Assembly (NCBI GenBank): GCA_964595645.1
Contig: CAZQQT010000007.1
Span: 1 to 64,000 of the forward strand
Direction of reading: 5' to 3'
Length of the DNA stretch: 64,000 bases
Origin: an uncultured Thermococci archaeon
Lineage (GTDB): Archaea; Methanobacteriota_B; Thermococci; Methanofastidiosales; B48-G16
A program made the translations under genes and the position numbers. The notes beneath the pieces are model-generated. The model had not been told where the DNA came from. It searched no databases and saw only the letters and a list, made by a program, of their open reading frames with translations. Positions 1-11,310 of the stretch are shown here, piece after piece. Position 1 is the stretch's first letter. Every line of letters starts with the position of its first letter.

Positions 1-3000
1 CATCGGCGTAGAACTCCGCCTCCTCCCGGGCCTTCTCCCGCTGGCGTTCAAGCTGTCTTCTCTCGGTGATGTCTCTGAGTGAAACTAACCCTGCCAATCT
101 CCCCTGATACCGGATCCTCTTACCAAGTGCGCTCACCCACTTTCGTTCTCCCTCTCGTGTCATCACTTGAAATTCCTTGACCTCTTGAAGATCCTTTTCA
201 AACATATCTTCTTTGATAATTTTCCGCGCCCGATCCAGCTCCTCCTCTGCAATGAAGTCAAGCACGTTTATTTCTCCTACTTTTTCTGGAGACTCGTAAC
301 CAAAAATATCTGCCGCCGCTTGGTTAACTTCCACTACCTTCATAGTTTCGGCATCGAGAATAAAGATGCCGTCGAGGTTACTCTCGAATAATGCCTTGTA
401 TTTACTTCTACTTTCCTTTAATTTCTCTTCCGCTTCTTTACGCTCGGTGATATCGTGGACGATAGCACCAACACCAATTTCTCCCCCCTGTAATTTTACC
501 GGAAATTTGTGAGTTTCATAAGTATGGTTGCCATCCGCTTCCTCGACAGTTATCATTTTTCTATCTTCTAACACTTTTTTATCACTTTTTCTGCACTGTG
601 CAGCTAGTTTTTTTGGCAAAAGTTCAAAATCGGTTCTCCCAATTATTTCTTTCTTATCTTTACCTAAAAAATCTTTATAAGCCTTATTAATAAGAATATG
701 TTTGAAGTTCTCATCTTTTAAAAAGGCGAAGTCCTGCAATGAATCAATAAACGCTCTGAACCGCTCCTCACTTTCTCTCAGATCTTTCTCTGTCCAAATT
801 CGTCTGAGAGCTTCGACTGTGTGAGACATCAATAATTCCGCCAACTCAATATCTTCTTCATCAAACGCCGCTTTTTTGGTAGATTCAGCTTGGAAAACAC
901 CAATATTGCCAATTGGTACACTTATACCAGACTTAAATTGCTTTTCAGTTGGTTTTGCGTCTTTATTCTTGTGAATATCCTTCACAAGATATGATGTTTT
1001 TGTTTTGTAGGTCTTCCCTGCTACCCCATCATCCACTGAGATAGAGTCACCCTTTGACATTTTTTCCTCTGTTGTAGCCTCCACCACAAGCCGATCGCCC
1101 TTTGCAATAGCCACACTGCAGATATCGAACTCAAGAATTTGTTGTGCAGTGGTGATAATAAGGTCGTATGTTTCTCTTTCCGAATTTACAGATCCCATTT
1201 TTGCTGCTATCCTATGAAGTTGCTCAATTTTCTTTTTATTATCTCGCAGCTTCTCCTCTGATCGCTTCCTATCTATAGAAACTGCAATTTGAGTCGATAC
1301 AAACTCGAGGATTTTCAGATCCTCTTCATCATATAGAGAAGAATCGGTGTAACTCTGAACTACCACTGCACCGATCACTGTATCCTCTATTTTCAATGGT
1401 ACTCCAAGCCAGATCTCCGATTTTGGTCCAAGAGACTTTATTTTCCCCTCCTGGACAAGCCTTTTCTTGCGTTCTTTGGTAGCAAGGAGTGATTTTTCAT
1501 TTTTTATTACATACGCTGTGAGTGTTTTTTTTGCTGGGAAAGGCTCGCCCTCATCTTTTCTATCTTTAAAATAGGGTAAAGATACAGTATCTGTGTCCTC
1601 ATTGTACAAAGCAATGTAAAAATTGGTTGTATCGAGGATTTCTCTTAGGTACTCCCGAATAGCGTCGAACAACTCGTTGAGATCCTTCGTGGTATTTACC
1701 GCGTTAGCAATTTTCTGGAGTACAGCTTGAATACTTTCTGACTGATTTCGTTCAACAATTTCACGCTGAGCCTGTTCATACAACTGTGCATTCCGAATGG
1801 CAATGGCAGCTTGATTGGCTATAGACGTGAGAAGAGCTTGATCATGCTCGTCGTATACTCCGGGTGCCGTATAATTCTGTACAGCTATTACTCCCAGTAC
1901 ACTATCGCTGACAATTAATGGGACACCAAGCCAGGACTGGGCTGCTTCTCCTACTAACGTGAGATCGTGCTCTTTCAGCCATGCAGTCATATCCTCCTTT
2001 ACAAGTACACTTGTTTGGTTATGAACGATATATTTGCTGATGCCGCTTACTGGAAACGTAGCGACCTTTTTGTCGATTTTTGATTCGGTAACCTGAAAGG
2101 AAACGTTGAATACATTCTTTTCTTCATCATAAAAAGCGATGAAAAAGTTGCTGGTATCTATCAGTCGAGAAGCTTGACGGTACGTTTCTTCCAGTACCTC
2201 TTTCACGCTCAGATGTGTTGTGAGGTTCTGAGCCAAATCATACAGCACAGCCTGTTCCTCCGCACGACGATTCGCCTCAATCTCTGCCTTTTTTCTCTCG
2301 GTGATATCGTTGAAGATCAACACCGCACCCGTGAACGTTCCGTCCTCCATGAGGGGAACCCCGCGGATTTTGAGGTAGCCTCGCTCTCCCGTGGGCGTTG
2401 AGAAGGACGCTTCTTCCTCAATAGTCTCCCCCTGTTCGAGATCCTCACAGAAGGATATCTCGAGTTCCTCAATCAACGGGATCTCCTCGAGATCCATCCA
2501 GAGGACATCGTACTCCTTCCCGAAGGGCAACGAGAGGATCCGTTCCATCTCCGGGTTCGTGTACTCCACCTTCATCGTTTCGTTGATGTTCATGATCCCC
2601 ACGGGTGTATGTTCTAACAGCTCCTCGTTGTACTCGGAGAGGGATCTGTAGAGCTTCTCCGATTCTTTCTGTTCGGCAATATCTACTATCACACCCATGG
2701 TTCCCGTGAATGTTCCCTTGTCGAAGAGAGGAGTGGTGGAGATAAGAACAGGGATCCGTTCTCCCGTTTTTGAGAGGAGTACTGATTCATAGGATGATTC
2801 AGTTCCGTCTTTTCGGGAAGCAGTTTCTTCCTTCATATGATCCTTCTCCTCCGGGGCGATGATCTCGCTCCAGTGCACGCCTTCAAGGCTTTCACGCCCC
2901 ACCATTCTCCTCATTCGTGTGTTCGCATAGGTACAGTAGCCTTCAGCATCCTCGATCCAGATTCCCTCATTCAACGAACTCACGATGGTCTCGTGGAACT

Positions 3001-3544
3001 CCTTCAGCTCAGAAAGTTCATTGAAGTGTCGGGCGTTCTCTATAGCAATGGCCGCCTGGGAGGCAAGTGTTTCCAGTAGTAGTTTATCTTCATCAGAAAA
3101 AAAATTAAATTCTGCGCTTTCCGCGTTCAGTACACCGATTACCTCATGTGATATTGTGATGGGTACAGTAATTTCAGATTTTGCGTCGACGTCCCCCATA
3201 GTATCCACAAACAGATCATCTTTCTCTGTATTATGTGTGAGATACGATTTTCCTTCCCGTGCAACCCACGGGATGATCCCTTTCTCTGCTTTTATCGAGA
3301 AACTATTTCCTGTGACATCGCTCTTAAATCCTGAAGCTTCGATTATATTGAGATCATTTCTATCGCGAAGAATAAAAAAAGCAGTATCAAACTTTAATAC
3401 CTTTTTCATAGCTTCAAAAGTGATTTTTGCAATTTTATTGATGTTTCTAGCTAAAGTTAGCTCTTTCGAAAGGTTGTAGAGGATAGAAAGTTTTTCTTCC
3501 CGTTTGTTCATCTCTTTAGGTTTTTTCTTTTTGTCGATACCCAT
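1..3544 (-). CDS. Multi-sensor histidine kinase (GAF-PAS-PAS-GAF-GAF-GAF-PAS-PAS-HisKA...), 3' end beyond the window
   Basis: Absent from the ORF track because there is no stop in the window. ATG at 3544 (MGIDKKKKPKEMNKREEKLSILY) is in frame with the window edge, which reads REKAREEAEFYAD, the same pre-His-box as the kinase at 36887-38986. Repeated DITER PAS ends and GAF segments (NFFIAFYD, GVIAVQ, AIAIRNAQLYE). Confidence 0.88.
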   Translation of the reverse strand, partial: MGIDKKKKPKEMNKREEKLSILYNLSKELTLARNINKIAKITFEAMKKVLKFDTAFFILRDRNDLNIIEASGFKSDVTGNSFSIKAEKGIIPWVAREGKSYLTHNTEKDDLFVDTMGDVDAKSEITVPITISHEVIGVLNAESAEFNFFSDEDKLLLETLASQAAIAIENARHFNELSELKEFHETIVSSLNEGIWIEDAEGYCTYANTRMRRMVGRESLEGVHWSEIIAPEEKDHMKEETASRKDGTESSYESVLLSKTGERIPVLISTTPLFDKGTFTGTMGVIVDIAEQKESEKLYRSLSEYNEELLEHTPVGIMNINETMKVEYTNPEMERILSLPFGKEYDVLWMDLEEIPLIEELEISFCEDLEQGETIEEEASFSTPTGERGYLKIRGVPLMEDGTFTGAVLIFNDITERKKAEIEANRRAEEQAVLYDLAQNLTTHLSVKEVLEETYRQASRLIDTSNFFIAFYDEEKNVFNVSFQVTESKIDKKVATFPVSGISKYIVHNQTSVLVKEDMTAWLKEHDLTLVGEAAQSWLGVPLIVSDSVLGVIAVQNYTAPGVYDEHDQALLTSIANQAAIAIRNAQLYEQAQREIVERNQSESIQAVLQKIANAVNTTKDLNELFDAIREYLREILDTTNFYIALYNEDTDTVSLPYFKDRKDEGEPFPAKKTLTAYVIKNEKSLLATKERKKRLVQEGKIKSLGPKSEIWLGVPLKIEDTVIGAVVVQSYTDSSLYDEEDLKILEFVSTQIAVSIDRKRSEEKLRDNKKKIEQLHRIAAKMGSVNSERETYDLIITTAQQILEFDICSVAIAKGDRLVVEATTEEKMSKGDSISVDDGVAGKTYKTKTSYLVKDIHKNKDAKPTEKQFKSGISVPIGNIGVFQAESTKKAAFDEEDIELAELLMSHTVEALRRIWTEKDLRESEERFRAFIDSLQDFAFLKDENFKHILINKAYKDFLGKDKKEIIGRTDFELLPKKLAAQCRKSDKKVLEDRKMITVEEADGNHTYETHKFPVKLQGGEIGVGAIVHDITERKEAEEKLKESRSKYKALFESNLDGIFILDAETMKVVEVNQAAADIFGYESPEKVGEINVLDFIAEEELDRARKIIKEDMFEKDLQEVKEFQVMTREGERKWVSALGKRIRYQGRLAGLVSLRDITERRQLERQREKAREEAEFYAD

Positions 3545-3576
3545 TGAAGTATACCTCACAGGGTCATAGTGGGATA

Positions 3577-4251
3577 TTACTGTCCTTTTTTCGAAATATA
3601 ATAGATGAGGGAGAAAAATACTACGATAACTACAAAAAGGACGAGCCCGTACTGCAGAAGAACGAACTGTGTTTTTAGGTTGGCATCATCGATCCGTGAT
3701 TTACAGTACTCTACTCTCTCTTCATCTTCCAGCTCCTGAAACTTGTTCAGCGCGGTGGTATAATACTGCTTTGCCTCACTGTACTCACCCTTTGCATAGA
3801 GTGAATCTGCCGTGGTCAGTGCTTGATACGCCTCATCCTTCAGTTTCGCTCGAAGCGCAGTGGCTTCAACTATCTGTCTCATTTCGTTGTAAAACTCATC
3901 TGTTGTTTTAAGTTTCTCGATTCTCCCTATCTCTTCCCCATACCGGTCTAAGAACAACACAGTGGGTGCATCATCAATATTATACTCCTGGCACAATGAT
4001 TTTGCATCCCCTCGATAAAACTTCATCGCATAAAAATTGGCATTTACATACGAAAAGACTTTTTGATGTTGAAAGATAGTCTCTGTATTCTCCGACCACT
4101 CATCGTACACATAAAGCAATACGAGTTTCTCATCTGCTTTTGCCATCTCATATACTTCACTCAGCTCCTCATCAAGGACCCACGAGACCTGTCCACTCAC
4201 CAACGGGAGCAGAAAAAGGACCAGTGGAAGTATCAATCCTTTCTTTCTCAT
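3577..4251 (-). CDS. Exported thioredoxin-fold protein with TPR-like helices and C-terminal membrane anchor
   Basis: Signal peptide, AKADEKLVLLYVY..W and PTVLFLD..GEEI thioredoxin-like pattern, TPR-like segment, C-terminal TM helix; no CxxC. Confidence 0.6.
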   Translation of the reverse strand: MRKKGLILPLVLFLLPLVSGQVSWVLDEELSEVYEMAKADEKLVLLYVYDEWSENTETIFQHQKVFSYVNANFYAMKFYRGDAKSLCQEYNIDDAPTVLFLDRYGEEIGRIEKLKTTDEFYNEMRQIVEATALRAKLKDEAYQALTTADSLYAKGEYSEAKQYYTTALNKFQELEDEERVEYCKSRIDDANLKTQFVLLQYGLVLFVVIVVFFSLIYYISKKGQ

Positions 4252-4283
4252 AATTCGATCGTATTTTTTAACATATTTATATT

Positions 4284-5108
4284 TTACGCGATAATTTCTA
4301 TGACTTTGGAGAGGAAAAATACGAAAAGCATGCCATACATCTCCAATTTCAGCGATTTTTGGGCACTCGCGATATTCTTCCTACTTATATAAAGTGTCCA
4401 TAGAACAGCTATATCGATCACCACAATCATGGCGAGATACTGAATCCCAAACACGTTGTAGATATATGGAAAAAATGTAGTAAGTACTGCTAATACTAAA
4501 AATATCTGTGCGAAAATAAGAGCTTTTTCCCGTCCGTACACAATAGGGAGGGTACGCGATCCCATCTCCTTATCTCCTTTCACATCCTCAATGTCCTTCA
4601 TTACTTCCCGAGCAACATTCGCAAGAAAGGCACAGAGAAAAAGCATGCCCACAGCCTCCATCTTATTTACGGCAGCACCGCCATAGAGAAAGGTGAGAGA
4701 GGTCAGGAAGCTTACAGTAATATTCCCTACAATACCCATTCGCTTCAGTTTATACGCATATAGACACATTGAAACACACGCCACCACACAAATGAAGAAC
4801 GCCGTAAGGTTGACGAAATACGCGATAATGCAGGCCGAGATAAAAAGAGAAATGGCATAAAAAAAGGCAGTTTTCAGCCCCATCTCTCCCCTGGGTAGTA
4901 CTCTATCCTTCCTATTTATCTTATCTATCTCGTAGTCAAAATAATCGTTGATTGTCATCCCCCCGGCACATGCCACAATCGAGACAATGCTCGCTAGCAC
5001 AACCTTGTAGGTGATTGGAATGCCTCCTGCGATGATTCCCGCAATGAATACTGCAAATCCTGACATTAGTGAATTCACCGGTCGCGTGATCCTGATGAAG
5101 GGATGCAT
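4284..5108 (-). CDS. Digeranylgeranylglyceryl phosphate synthase (UbiA prenyltransferase family)
   Basis: NDYFDYEIDKIN and REVMKDIEDVKGD aspartate-rich motifs; multi-TM. Confidence 0.9.
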   Translation of the reverse strand: MHPFIRITRPVNSLMSGFAVFIAGIIAGGIPITYKVVLASIVSIVACAGGMTINDYFDYEIDKINRKDRVLPRGEMGLKTAFFYAISLFISACIIAYFVNLTAFFICVVACVSMCLYAYKLKRMGIVGNITVSFLTSLTFLYGGAAVNKMEAVGMLFLCAFLANVAREVMKDIEDVKGDKEMGSRTLPIVYGREKALIFAQIFLVLAVLTTFFPYIYNVFGIQYLAMIVVIDIAVLWTLYISRKNIASAQKSLKLEMYGMLFVFFLSKVIEIIA

Positions 5109-5166
5109 AACTCTTTTAAGGGGAATATATAATAAAAAGATATAGTGCTATTGTGTATCTACCCAT

Positions 5167-5240
5167 GCCTCGATGGCTCAGCCTGGTAGAGCGGCTGCCT
5201 CGTAAGCAGCAAGTCGGGGGTTCGAATCCCCCTCGGGGCT
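5167..5240 (+). tRNA. tRNA-Thr(CGT)
   Basis: Cloverleaf: acceptor GCCTCGA/TCGGGGC, D arm GCTC/GAGC, anticodon arm GCTGC-CTCGTAA-GCAGC, T arm GGGGG-TTCGAAT-CCCCC; no encoded CCA; T-tract at 5269-5284. Confidence 0.97.
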
Positions 5241-5412
5241 TATTTACCCTCCGTTTAGTTCCCTCATGTTTTTTTCTTTTTTTTCCAGAAAAGATCTGCT
5301 TTCTATATGTTTTTGTGAGTATAGCTCTTAATAAAGCTTTGATATTACAGCATTCTCGGATGCTATCAGCACGTGTACCGAGAGAGATCATCCTGTATTC
5401 TCTCTTCAGTTA

Positions 5413-6393
5413 TTATTTTTGCTCGGATGCACCTCTCTGAACAGTACTACGCCATCCATGACCTGCGATACCTTCCACCGCAACAGCGTAGATCGAGACA
5501 CCCGACGCCGTCAACCGATGTGCCCACGGCTTTTCTATTGGTGCCTCACTTGATTTGCATACATGGCCATGACCATATAACACCAGTACCGGCGCGTTAT
5601 CTATCTCGTTTCGTATATACTGGATGTTTCGTGCGATTGTCTCCTCCCGACGTTCGATGGCTTTTTTCTTCTCATTCCCACTACTACTCATAGCGTAATA
5701 CACTAGGATAGACGTTTTTACTGTAGATAGTTCATGTATAACGGATTCTTCGTCTGTCGTTTCCATGAGAGTGTCCACAAGCTCCACCATCTCATTTTTA
5801 CTTTTGGCTTCGAACTCCTCTTCCGAGGAGAGCTCAATATCGGCCCCTATCTCTTCTTTCAGCTCTCTGATGTGCGTGTAGATATGTGAAGAGGGAAAGT
5901 CCACATCGACGAGATGCGCCCTGATCTTTTCATCCTTGGGAAGATCCTCGTTGATCTCGTGGATACCTTCGAGGACATCAAACCGATCCGGCCTGTTCCA
6001 GAGGACTTCAGCTGCGTCTTTGTCTCCTCCATGGACGTACGCATTGGCCTCTTCCTCAGCGACCTCATTAGCCTCCAGAATCACGTCTTGAAGGCCGATG
6101 GACTCGTGCAACATTGCAAGATACTCCAGAAAGAGCTGGTGGATTTCCTGTGTGCCGTGCTGTTCACCAATCAGATAGATATCGTATCCCGATGTCGCAA
6201 GGGGCAGTGCACTCACATCATTGGTGAGGTACACGCTTGGGTACTCCTCAAGCGTGACGAGCTCTTTCTCGGAGGGTGTAGTTGTTGTGGGTGCTGGCGT
6301 TGTCTCCTGTGTCGACTCCACACACCCGGAGAGTATCACGCCTCCAATGATGATCAGTAACCCCATGCCTTTCAAGATAGACTTTCTTTTCAT
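5413..6393 (-). CDS. Lipoprotein with erythromycin-esterase/ChaN-like (EreA/TIKI) domain, possibly 3'-truncated
   Basis: Lipobox LSGC, Thr/Pro linker, IGEQHGT, ILE, RE..IARNI and YGHGHV motifs. Confidence 0.6.
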   Translation of the reverse strand: MKRKSILKGMGLLIIIGGVILSGCVESTQETTPAPTTTTPSEKELVTLEEYPSVYLTNDVSALPLATSGYDIYLIGEQHGTQEIHQLFLEYLAMLHESIGLQDVILEANEVAEEEANAYVHGGDKDAAEVLWNRPDRFDVLEGIHEINEDLPKDEKIRAHLVDVDFPSSHIYTHIRELKEEIGADIELSSEEEFEAKSKNEMVELVDTLMETTDEESVIHELSTVKTSILVYYAMSSSGNEKKKAIERREETIARNIQYIRNEIDNAPVLVLYGHGHVCKSSEAPIEKPWAHRLTASGVSIYAVAVEGIAGHGWRSTVQRGASEQK

Positions 6394-7031
6394 GCCCCCA
6401 CACCTCTAATTACTATATCGTACTCAATTGTGCTTTTTATAAAATTTTCGATCTAATTTTAAACGATTGGAAAAATTGTATCTTTTCTTTTGAGATAATC
6501 TTAATATAAATTAGACAATGTTTAAAACTGACCCAGTACTTTGTCAAGATAGTTCCTCTATGGAGGGAGTTAGACCATTCCTTACCATCAATATAGAAAC
6601 CATTCCACCGCACTCCATTACAGACTTGTCTTCTCCTTAAGGAGGACACCAAATACTAACACAGGCCCAACAGCAACCACAATATCTCATAGGATGAGCG
6701 CAAGAAAGAGGTGAAGCCCCTCTTGAATCGTCTACTTCAGTCTCGATACCAACGATAGTACATGGAGGCACTCGCTTCTTCCATGCGGTAGGTACAGAGG
6801 GGTGTCTTGGGATTTTTCAGATTCCATTGCTGTAATAGCTGAAAATATAACAGATAGTACTATCATGCTCATAAGAATAAGTGCGCCCTTCTTATTTTTT
6901 TCAGGTTTAGAAATAAAAAGTAAATCCAAAAACTATTTTGTATGCTCATTCTGATCAACGTTTCATCTTTAAATATTGAAGATTCTACGAGACCGAAAAC
7001 TATAAGTAAAGAAACGTATTGTTTATTGAGT

Positions 7032-8234
7032 ATGAAAAACGCTGTTATTAAAAAATTGATAGAAACCACACTGATCATCGTATTGTTCGCTGGCTGTATA
7101 GGTACACAACCGGAAACGACCACGCCGCCTCCGACCACGGCAGCACCGACCACAACTGCACCTGCGGCGTTCGAGATCACGGACCTCCGTGTCTCTCCCA
7201 CCACTCCCACGATAGGCGACACGCTGACCGTCCTCGTCGACGTGAAGAACACCGGGGAGACCTCGGGGAGCTACACGGTCCTCATCACCGTGGGGAACAG
7301 CTCACAGACCAAGAACATTGAGCTGGACGGACAAAGTACCACCACCGTGGACTTCCAGGTGGAACTCCAGAATGAGGGGACCATCGAGATCGCCACGGGA
7401 AACTTCGCGAAAACGATTGTCGTCTCGCCGAAAGAAACGCCGGCACCGACGACCGCTGCGCCGACTACGACGGCAGCGCCTACCACAGCGCCACCAACGA
7501 CCCCGCAACCTACCGCTCCACCGGAGGAACGGAACAGGATCGATCGTCCCGCGTACGAGCTGGGGACACGGCTAAACTATCTGGTTACCGCTGGCGGTAA
7601 CGAGTGGGGAACGACCTTCTCCTACAACAGATCCTACGAAGTGGATAGAACACCTTGGTTCAGGTGGGGGGTAACCGACTGGTGGGAACCCGATCCGGAG
7701 GACACGTACTGGCGCGGTGATTACACCTACGTGTATGACGGTGGCTGGAATCTTGCTGGAGTATGGAGTACTAAAATTGGGGGGACAACGGCTGGTTTCA
7801 ACCTCTACCTACTCGATTACGAGCCTAACCTGTCCTCTATATACCCTCTTGTCAAAGGAGATGAAAACGTCGATACAGGACAAATTGAGAGGATGGTTAT
7901 GGTTGGAATAACATGGGCTGCCGCAGGTTTTCCAGAAGGACGGGGAAATTACGAACGACGAATCTACACTGAAGAGTTCGAGGAGATTGAAGCAGGCGGT
8001 GAGATGTATCGATGTGCGAAGGTCAAGTACTATATGAAGCACACCGTGGAGTTCCTCTCGCCACACTACAACGAAGACTGGGGAAAAACGACGTGGATAG
8101 AGGAAGGATACCACTGGTACGCAGAAGAGGTAGGACTCGTCAAAGCGGATGTCACCATCAAAACGTACTGGTGGGATGAACTCGAAGAAACAGATAGGTT
8201 CCAAGTAGAACTCACTGCCGCGACACTACCGTAA
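7032..8234 (+). CDS. Surface lipoprotein with CARDB/Ig-like domain and Pro/Thr linkers
   Basis: Lipobox FAGC; V.VKNTG..SG CARDB pattern; PTTAAPTT linkers; likely start ATG 7032. Confidence 0.75.
   Translation: MKNAVIKKLIETTLIIVLFAGCIGTQPETTTPPPTTAAPTTTAPAAFEITDLRVSPTTPTIGDTLTVLVDVKNTGETSGSYTVLITVGNSSQTKNIELDGQSTTTVDFQVELQNEGTIEIATGNFAKTIVVSPKETPAPTTAAPTTTAAPTTAPPTTPQPTAPPEERNRIDRPAYELGTRLNYLVTAGGNEWGTTFSYNRSYEVDRTPWFRWGVTDWWEPDPEDTYWRGDYTYVYDGGWNLAGVWSTKIGGTTAGFNLYLLDYEPNLSSIYPLVKGDENVDTGQIERMVMVGITWAAAGFPEGRGNYERRIYTEEFEEIEAGGEMYRCAKVKYYMKHTVEFLSPHYNEDWGKTTWIEEGYHWYAEEVGLVKADVTIKTYWWDELEETDRFQVELTAATLP
7440..7522 (+). repeat. Degenerate coding tandem repeat (PTT[A/T]AP linker)
   Basis: Repeated ccgacgaccgctgcg/ccgactacgacggcagcg/cctaccacagcg units. 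Confidence 0.6.
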
Positions 8235-8288
8235 CCTTTCCTTCGTTCTCTCCTATTTTTTATTATACTAGTCTCTATAACGCTTTTC

Positions 8289-8855
8289 TCAGAAAATATA
8301 GAACAATAATCCGAGAATGGGGAAGAATACAGCACCCCACCATACAGGATTGTACTTCAGCACCTTCGATCCGTCCAATGGAGGGAAGGGGAGAAGGTTG
8401 AAGAGGGCGAGAAACAGGTTGAAGTACACCAAGAAATGGAGGAAGTTATCAATGTCCTGTAATACTACAGAGAGGCTAAGAGCTGTTATAGCCACGGCGA
8501 GATTTGCGACTGGACCTGAAATAGATGTTTTTGCAGCCGTTTTTTCATCTGTGTATCCAAAAATATGAACAGCTCCCGGTGCAGCAAATAATATTCCGAA
8601 AAAAGAGGATCCGAGTGCCAAAAGCAATCCAATGTTCCACCTGCGGAACTCCGCTGGAAGTCCGTACCGTTGTGCCGTATATTTATGTGCCAGCTCGTGG
8701 AGTGCAAACCCAGTGCCCACGGCAATTAAACTTCGTGGCAGCATCTTCAGTGCCAGGAACGGACGATCGTAGCCCCACCAAAGAATACTCAGTGCAATAC
8801 TGAGCACTACCCATGCGATTAAAAGATCCTCTACTTCCTGCCGTGTAAATCTCAT
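8289..8855 (-). CDS. Site-2 protease (peptidase M50)
   Basis: HELAH zinc motif and NLLPFPPLDG. Confidence 0.92.
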   Translation of the reverse strand: MRFTRQEVEDLLIAWVVLSIALSILWWGYDRPFLALKMLPRSLIAVGTGFALHELAHKYTAQRYGLPAEFRRWNIGLLLALGSSFFGILFAAPGAVHIFGYTDEKTAAKTSISGPVANLAVAITALSLSVVLQDIDNFLHFLVYFNLFLALFNLLPFPPLDGSKVLKYNPVWWGAVFFPILGLLFYIF

Positions 8856-8878
8856 GGTGTGTCCCTTCTCACGCACGT

Positions 8879-9499
8879 TTATAAGGTTTCTTCCTCATCT
8901 TCCCACGCACTGTGAAGGAGTATTTCGTTCAACGAGCGTTTTGGGGGAGGACTGGGCCACTCCTCGGGAACACCAAGGGGTGTCACACAGATAAGAGCGT
9001 AGCGATCCGGAATACCGAAGAATTCCTTGACCTTCGCTTCGGGAAAAAATGTTGTGTAAAATCCGGTGCCGTACCCCAGAGCCCGGGCAGCGATCATGAG
9101 CGAGGCAACGGCCAGTGCTCCGTCATATGCTACGTACTGGGGATATCGTTTGGTGGTGTCAACCAGCACCACGATGAATATCGGGGCAGAAAACGCATTT
9201 TCTAACATAGTTTTCGCTTTTTTTCGAACGCCACCAGATTCATCCTCGGTTCCGTATTTTTCCATATACCATGAAAGTGTTTTCTCTTTCAGTTGAGTAC
9301 GTTTTTCTTTGTTTCGTATCACGAGAAACTTCCACGGCTGCTGATTACCAGCTGAAGGCGCGAACCGAGCAGCGTTAAGAATTTTCAGAAGGTGTCTTTC
9401 CGGTACGGGATCCGATGTAAACTTGCGTACCGTGCGGCGGGTGCGAAGTACCGTAAAAAGATACTCCTGCTTTTGAGTTATCTCCATTGAACGGCTCAT
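8879..9499 (-). CDS. Nitroreductase family protein
   Basis: RRTVRKF, APSAGNQQPWKF, AARALGYGT. Confidence 0.9.
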   Translation of the reverse strand: MSRSMEITQKQEYLFTVLRTRRTVRKFTSDPVPERHLLKILNAARFAPSAGNQQPWKFLVIRNKEKRTQLKEKTLSWYMEKYGTEDESGGVRKKAKTMLENAFSAPIFIVVLVDTTKRYPQYVAYDGALAVASLMIAARALGYGTGFYTTFFPEAKVKEFFGIPDRYALICVTPLGVPEEWPSPPPKRSLNEILLHSAWEDEEETL

Positions 9500-9574
9500 C
9501 TTGTGTATTTGCGTATGAAACAATAAAAAAATTTCGATTGGAGTATGAAAAAGATACGTTTTTATGTTCATAGC

Positions 9575-10316
<742 letters not shown>

Positions 10317-10321
10317 CAGGG

Positions 10322-10831
10322 CTACGTGACATCAATATAGAAGTGTATTTCCTCTCCTGTTGAAAGTCGTATGGACACCTTGTGTCGCCCCGGAGAGTCG
10401 ATACGAAGTGATTCCTGTATTACTCTTTTTTCAGTATTCTCGGCTGAGAGTGTCCCTTCCTCCACTATTTCCTCATCCACAACCACAGAGTAGCGGTACT
10501 CCCATGCATGTCCGAGATGGTTGGTGATCTCGAAGGAGAAGGTGAACTGTTCATTGCTCGCTATTTTTTTGGGATACGCTGCGAGAAGTGCTGTTTCTTT
10601 AGAGTACTCAAGAATCGTATACCACTCGTTGTTGTACGAAAACACCCGATCCTCTGTTTTCACAGGCGTATCAAAATAGATTGTATACCCATCATTCGTC
10701 ACTGCCTCTTTTTTCACACAGACGAAGTTCAGCTCTGTGTACTCATTGGGATCGTTTTTGAACTCGTAGATAAAGAGTTGTGTAACAACGAGTCCGAGAA
10801 TGGATGCCAGAATAATTATTTTATACTTCAT
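10322..10831 (-). CDS. Membrane-anchored hypothetical protein (DUF1616-like C-terminus)
   Basis: N-terminal TM, YTEL motif, Ig-like beta-rich C-terminus. Confidence 0.5.
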   Translation of the reverse strand: MKYKIIILASILGLVVTQLFIYEFKNDPNEYTELNFVCVKKEAVTNDGYTIYFDTPVKTEDRVFSYNNEWYTILEYSKETALLAAYPKKIASNEQFTFSFEITNHLGHAWEYRYSVVVDEEIVEEGTLSAENTEKRVIQESLRIDSPGRHKVSIRLSTGEEIHFYIDVT

Positions 10832-10852
10832 GGTGTGAGTTGGATTCCATGG

Positions 10853-11236
10853 TTAAAAATCTTCTTCCACTGTACTGGGTGCGATACGATCGATGAGATC
10901 CTGAATATTGTCACTTTCAATCTCCACGTGGATTACACCAAGTTTTGCTTCATCGATGAAGTTCACCACGCCGACAAAGGCTGTCTGTTTGTTGATACAA
11001 AATTTGAGCGTGGTTCCGTAAATGCTGTGACGCAGCACAGCGCGGGCGGTGTCCCGTATTTTCTGGTACCTAAGCCTCTCTTCCAGAATATCGAGGCTTC
11101 GTTCCTCGGTGGACTCGCCGCTGAGATGATCGTCTTGTCGTGTGAGAGGGATATCAAATATATTCTGTACAGCCCGCCGTACCTTCTCCTCACTTTCTGT
11201 TGGGTATATGGGTACCGTGACACGCAGAGAGAACAT
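10853..11236 (-). CDS. UPF0201/DUF54 archaeal RNA-binding-domain protein
   Basis: YPTESEEKV..AV.NIF, QKIRDTAR, NKQTAFVG. Confidence 0.85.
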   Translation of the reverse strand: MFSLRVTVPIYPTESEEKVRRAVQNIFDIPLTRQDDHLSGESTEERSLDILEERLRYQKIRDTARAVLRHSIYGTTLKFCINKQTAFVGVVNFIDEAKLGVIHVEIESDNIQDLIDRIAPSTVEEDF

Positions 11237-11310
11237 GCTCCAGTTATGACTCCTTAGTAAAAAAGGTTATGCCATCATAATATTTAAGAGTTCTTCTGAG
11301 AAGGAAACGT

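Noticed and set aside
167-3479. Plus-strand ORFs in the first 3.5 kb
   Set aside because: Antisense shadows of the minus-strand histidine kinase. The same applies to most short overlapping ORFs in the track.
5116-5440. ORFs overlapping 5167-5240
   Set aside because: They span the tRNA-Thr gene and are spurious.
5241-8234. Possible island integrated at tRNA-Thr
   Set aside because: No duplicated tRNA 3' end and no integrase found in the window.
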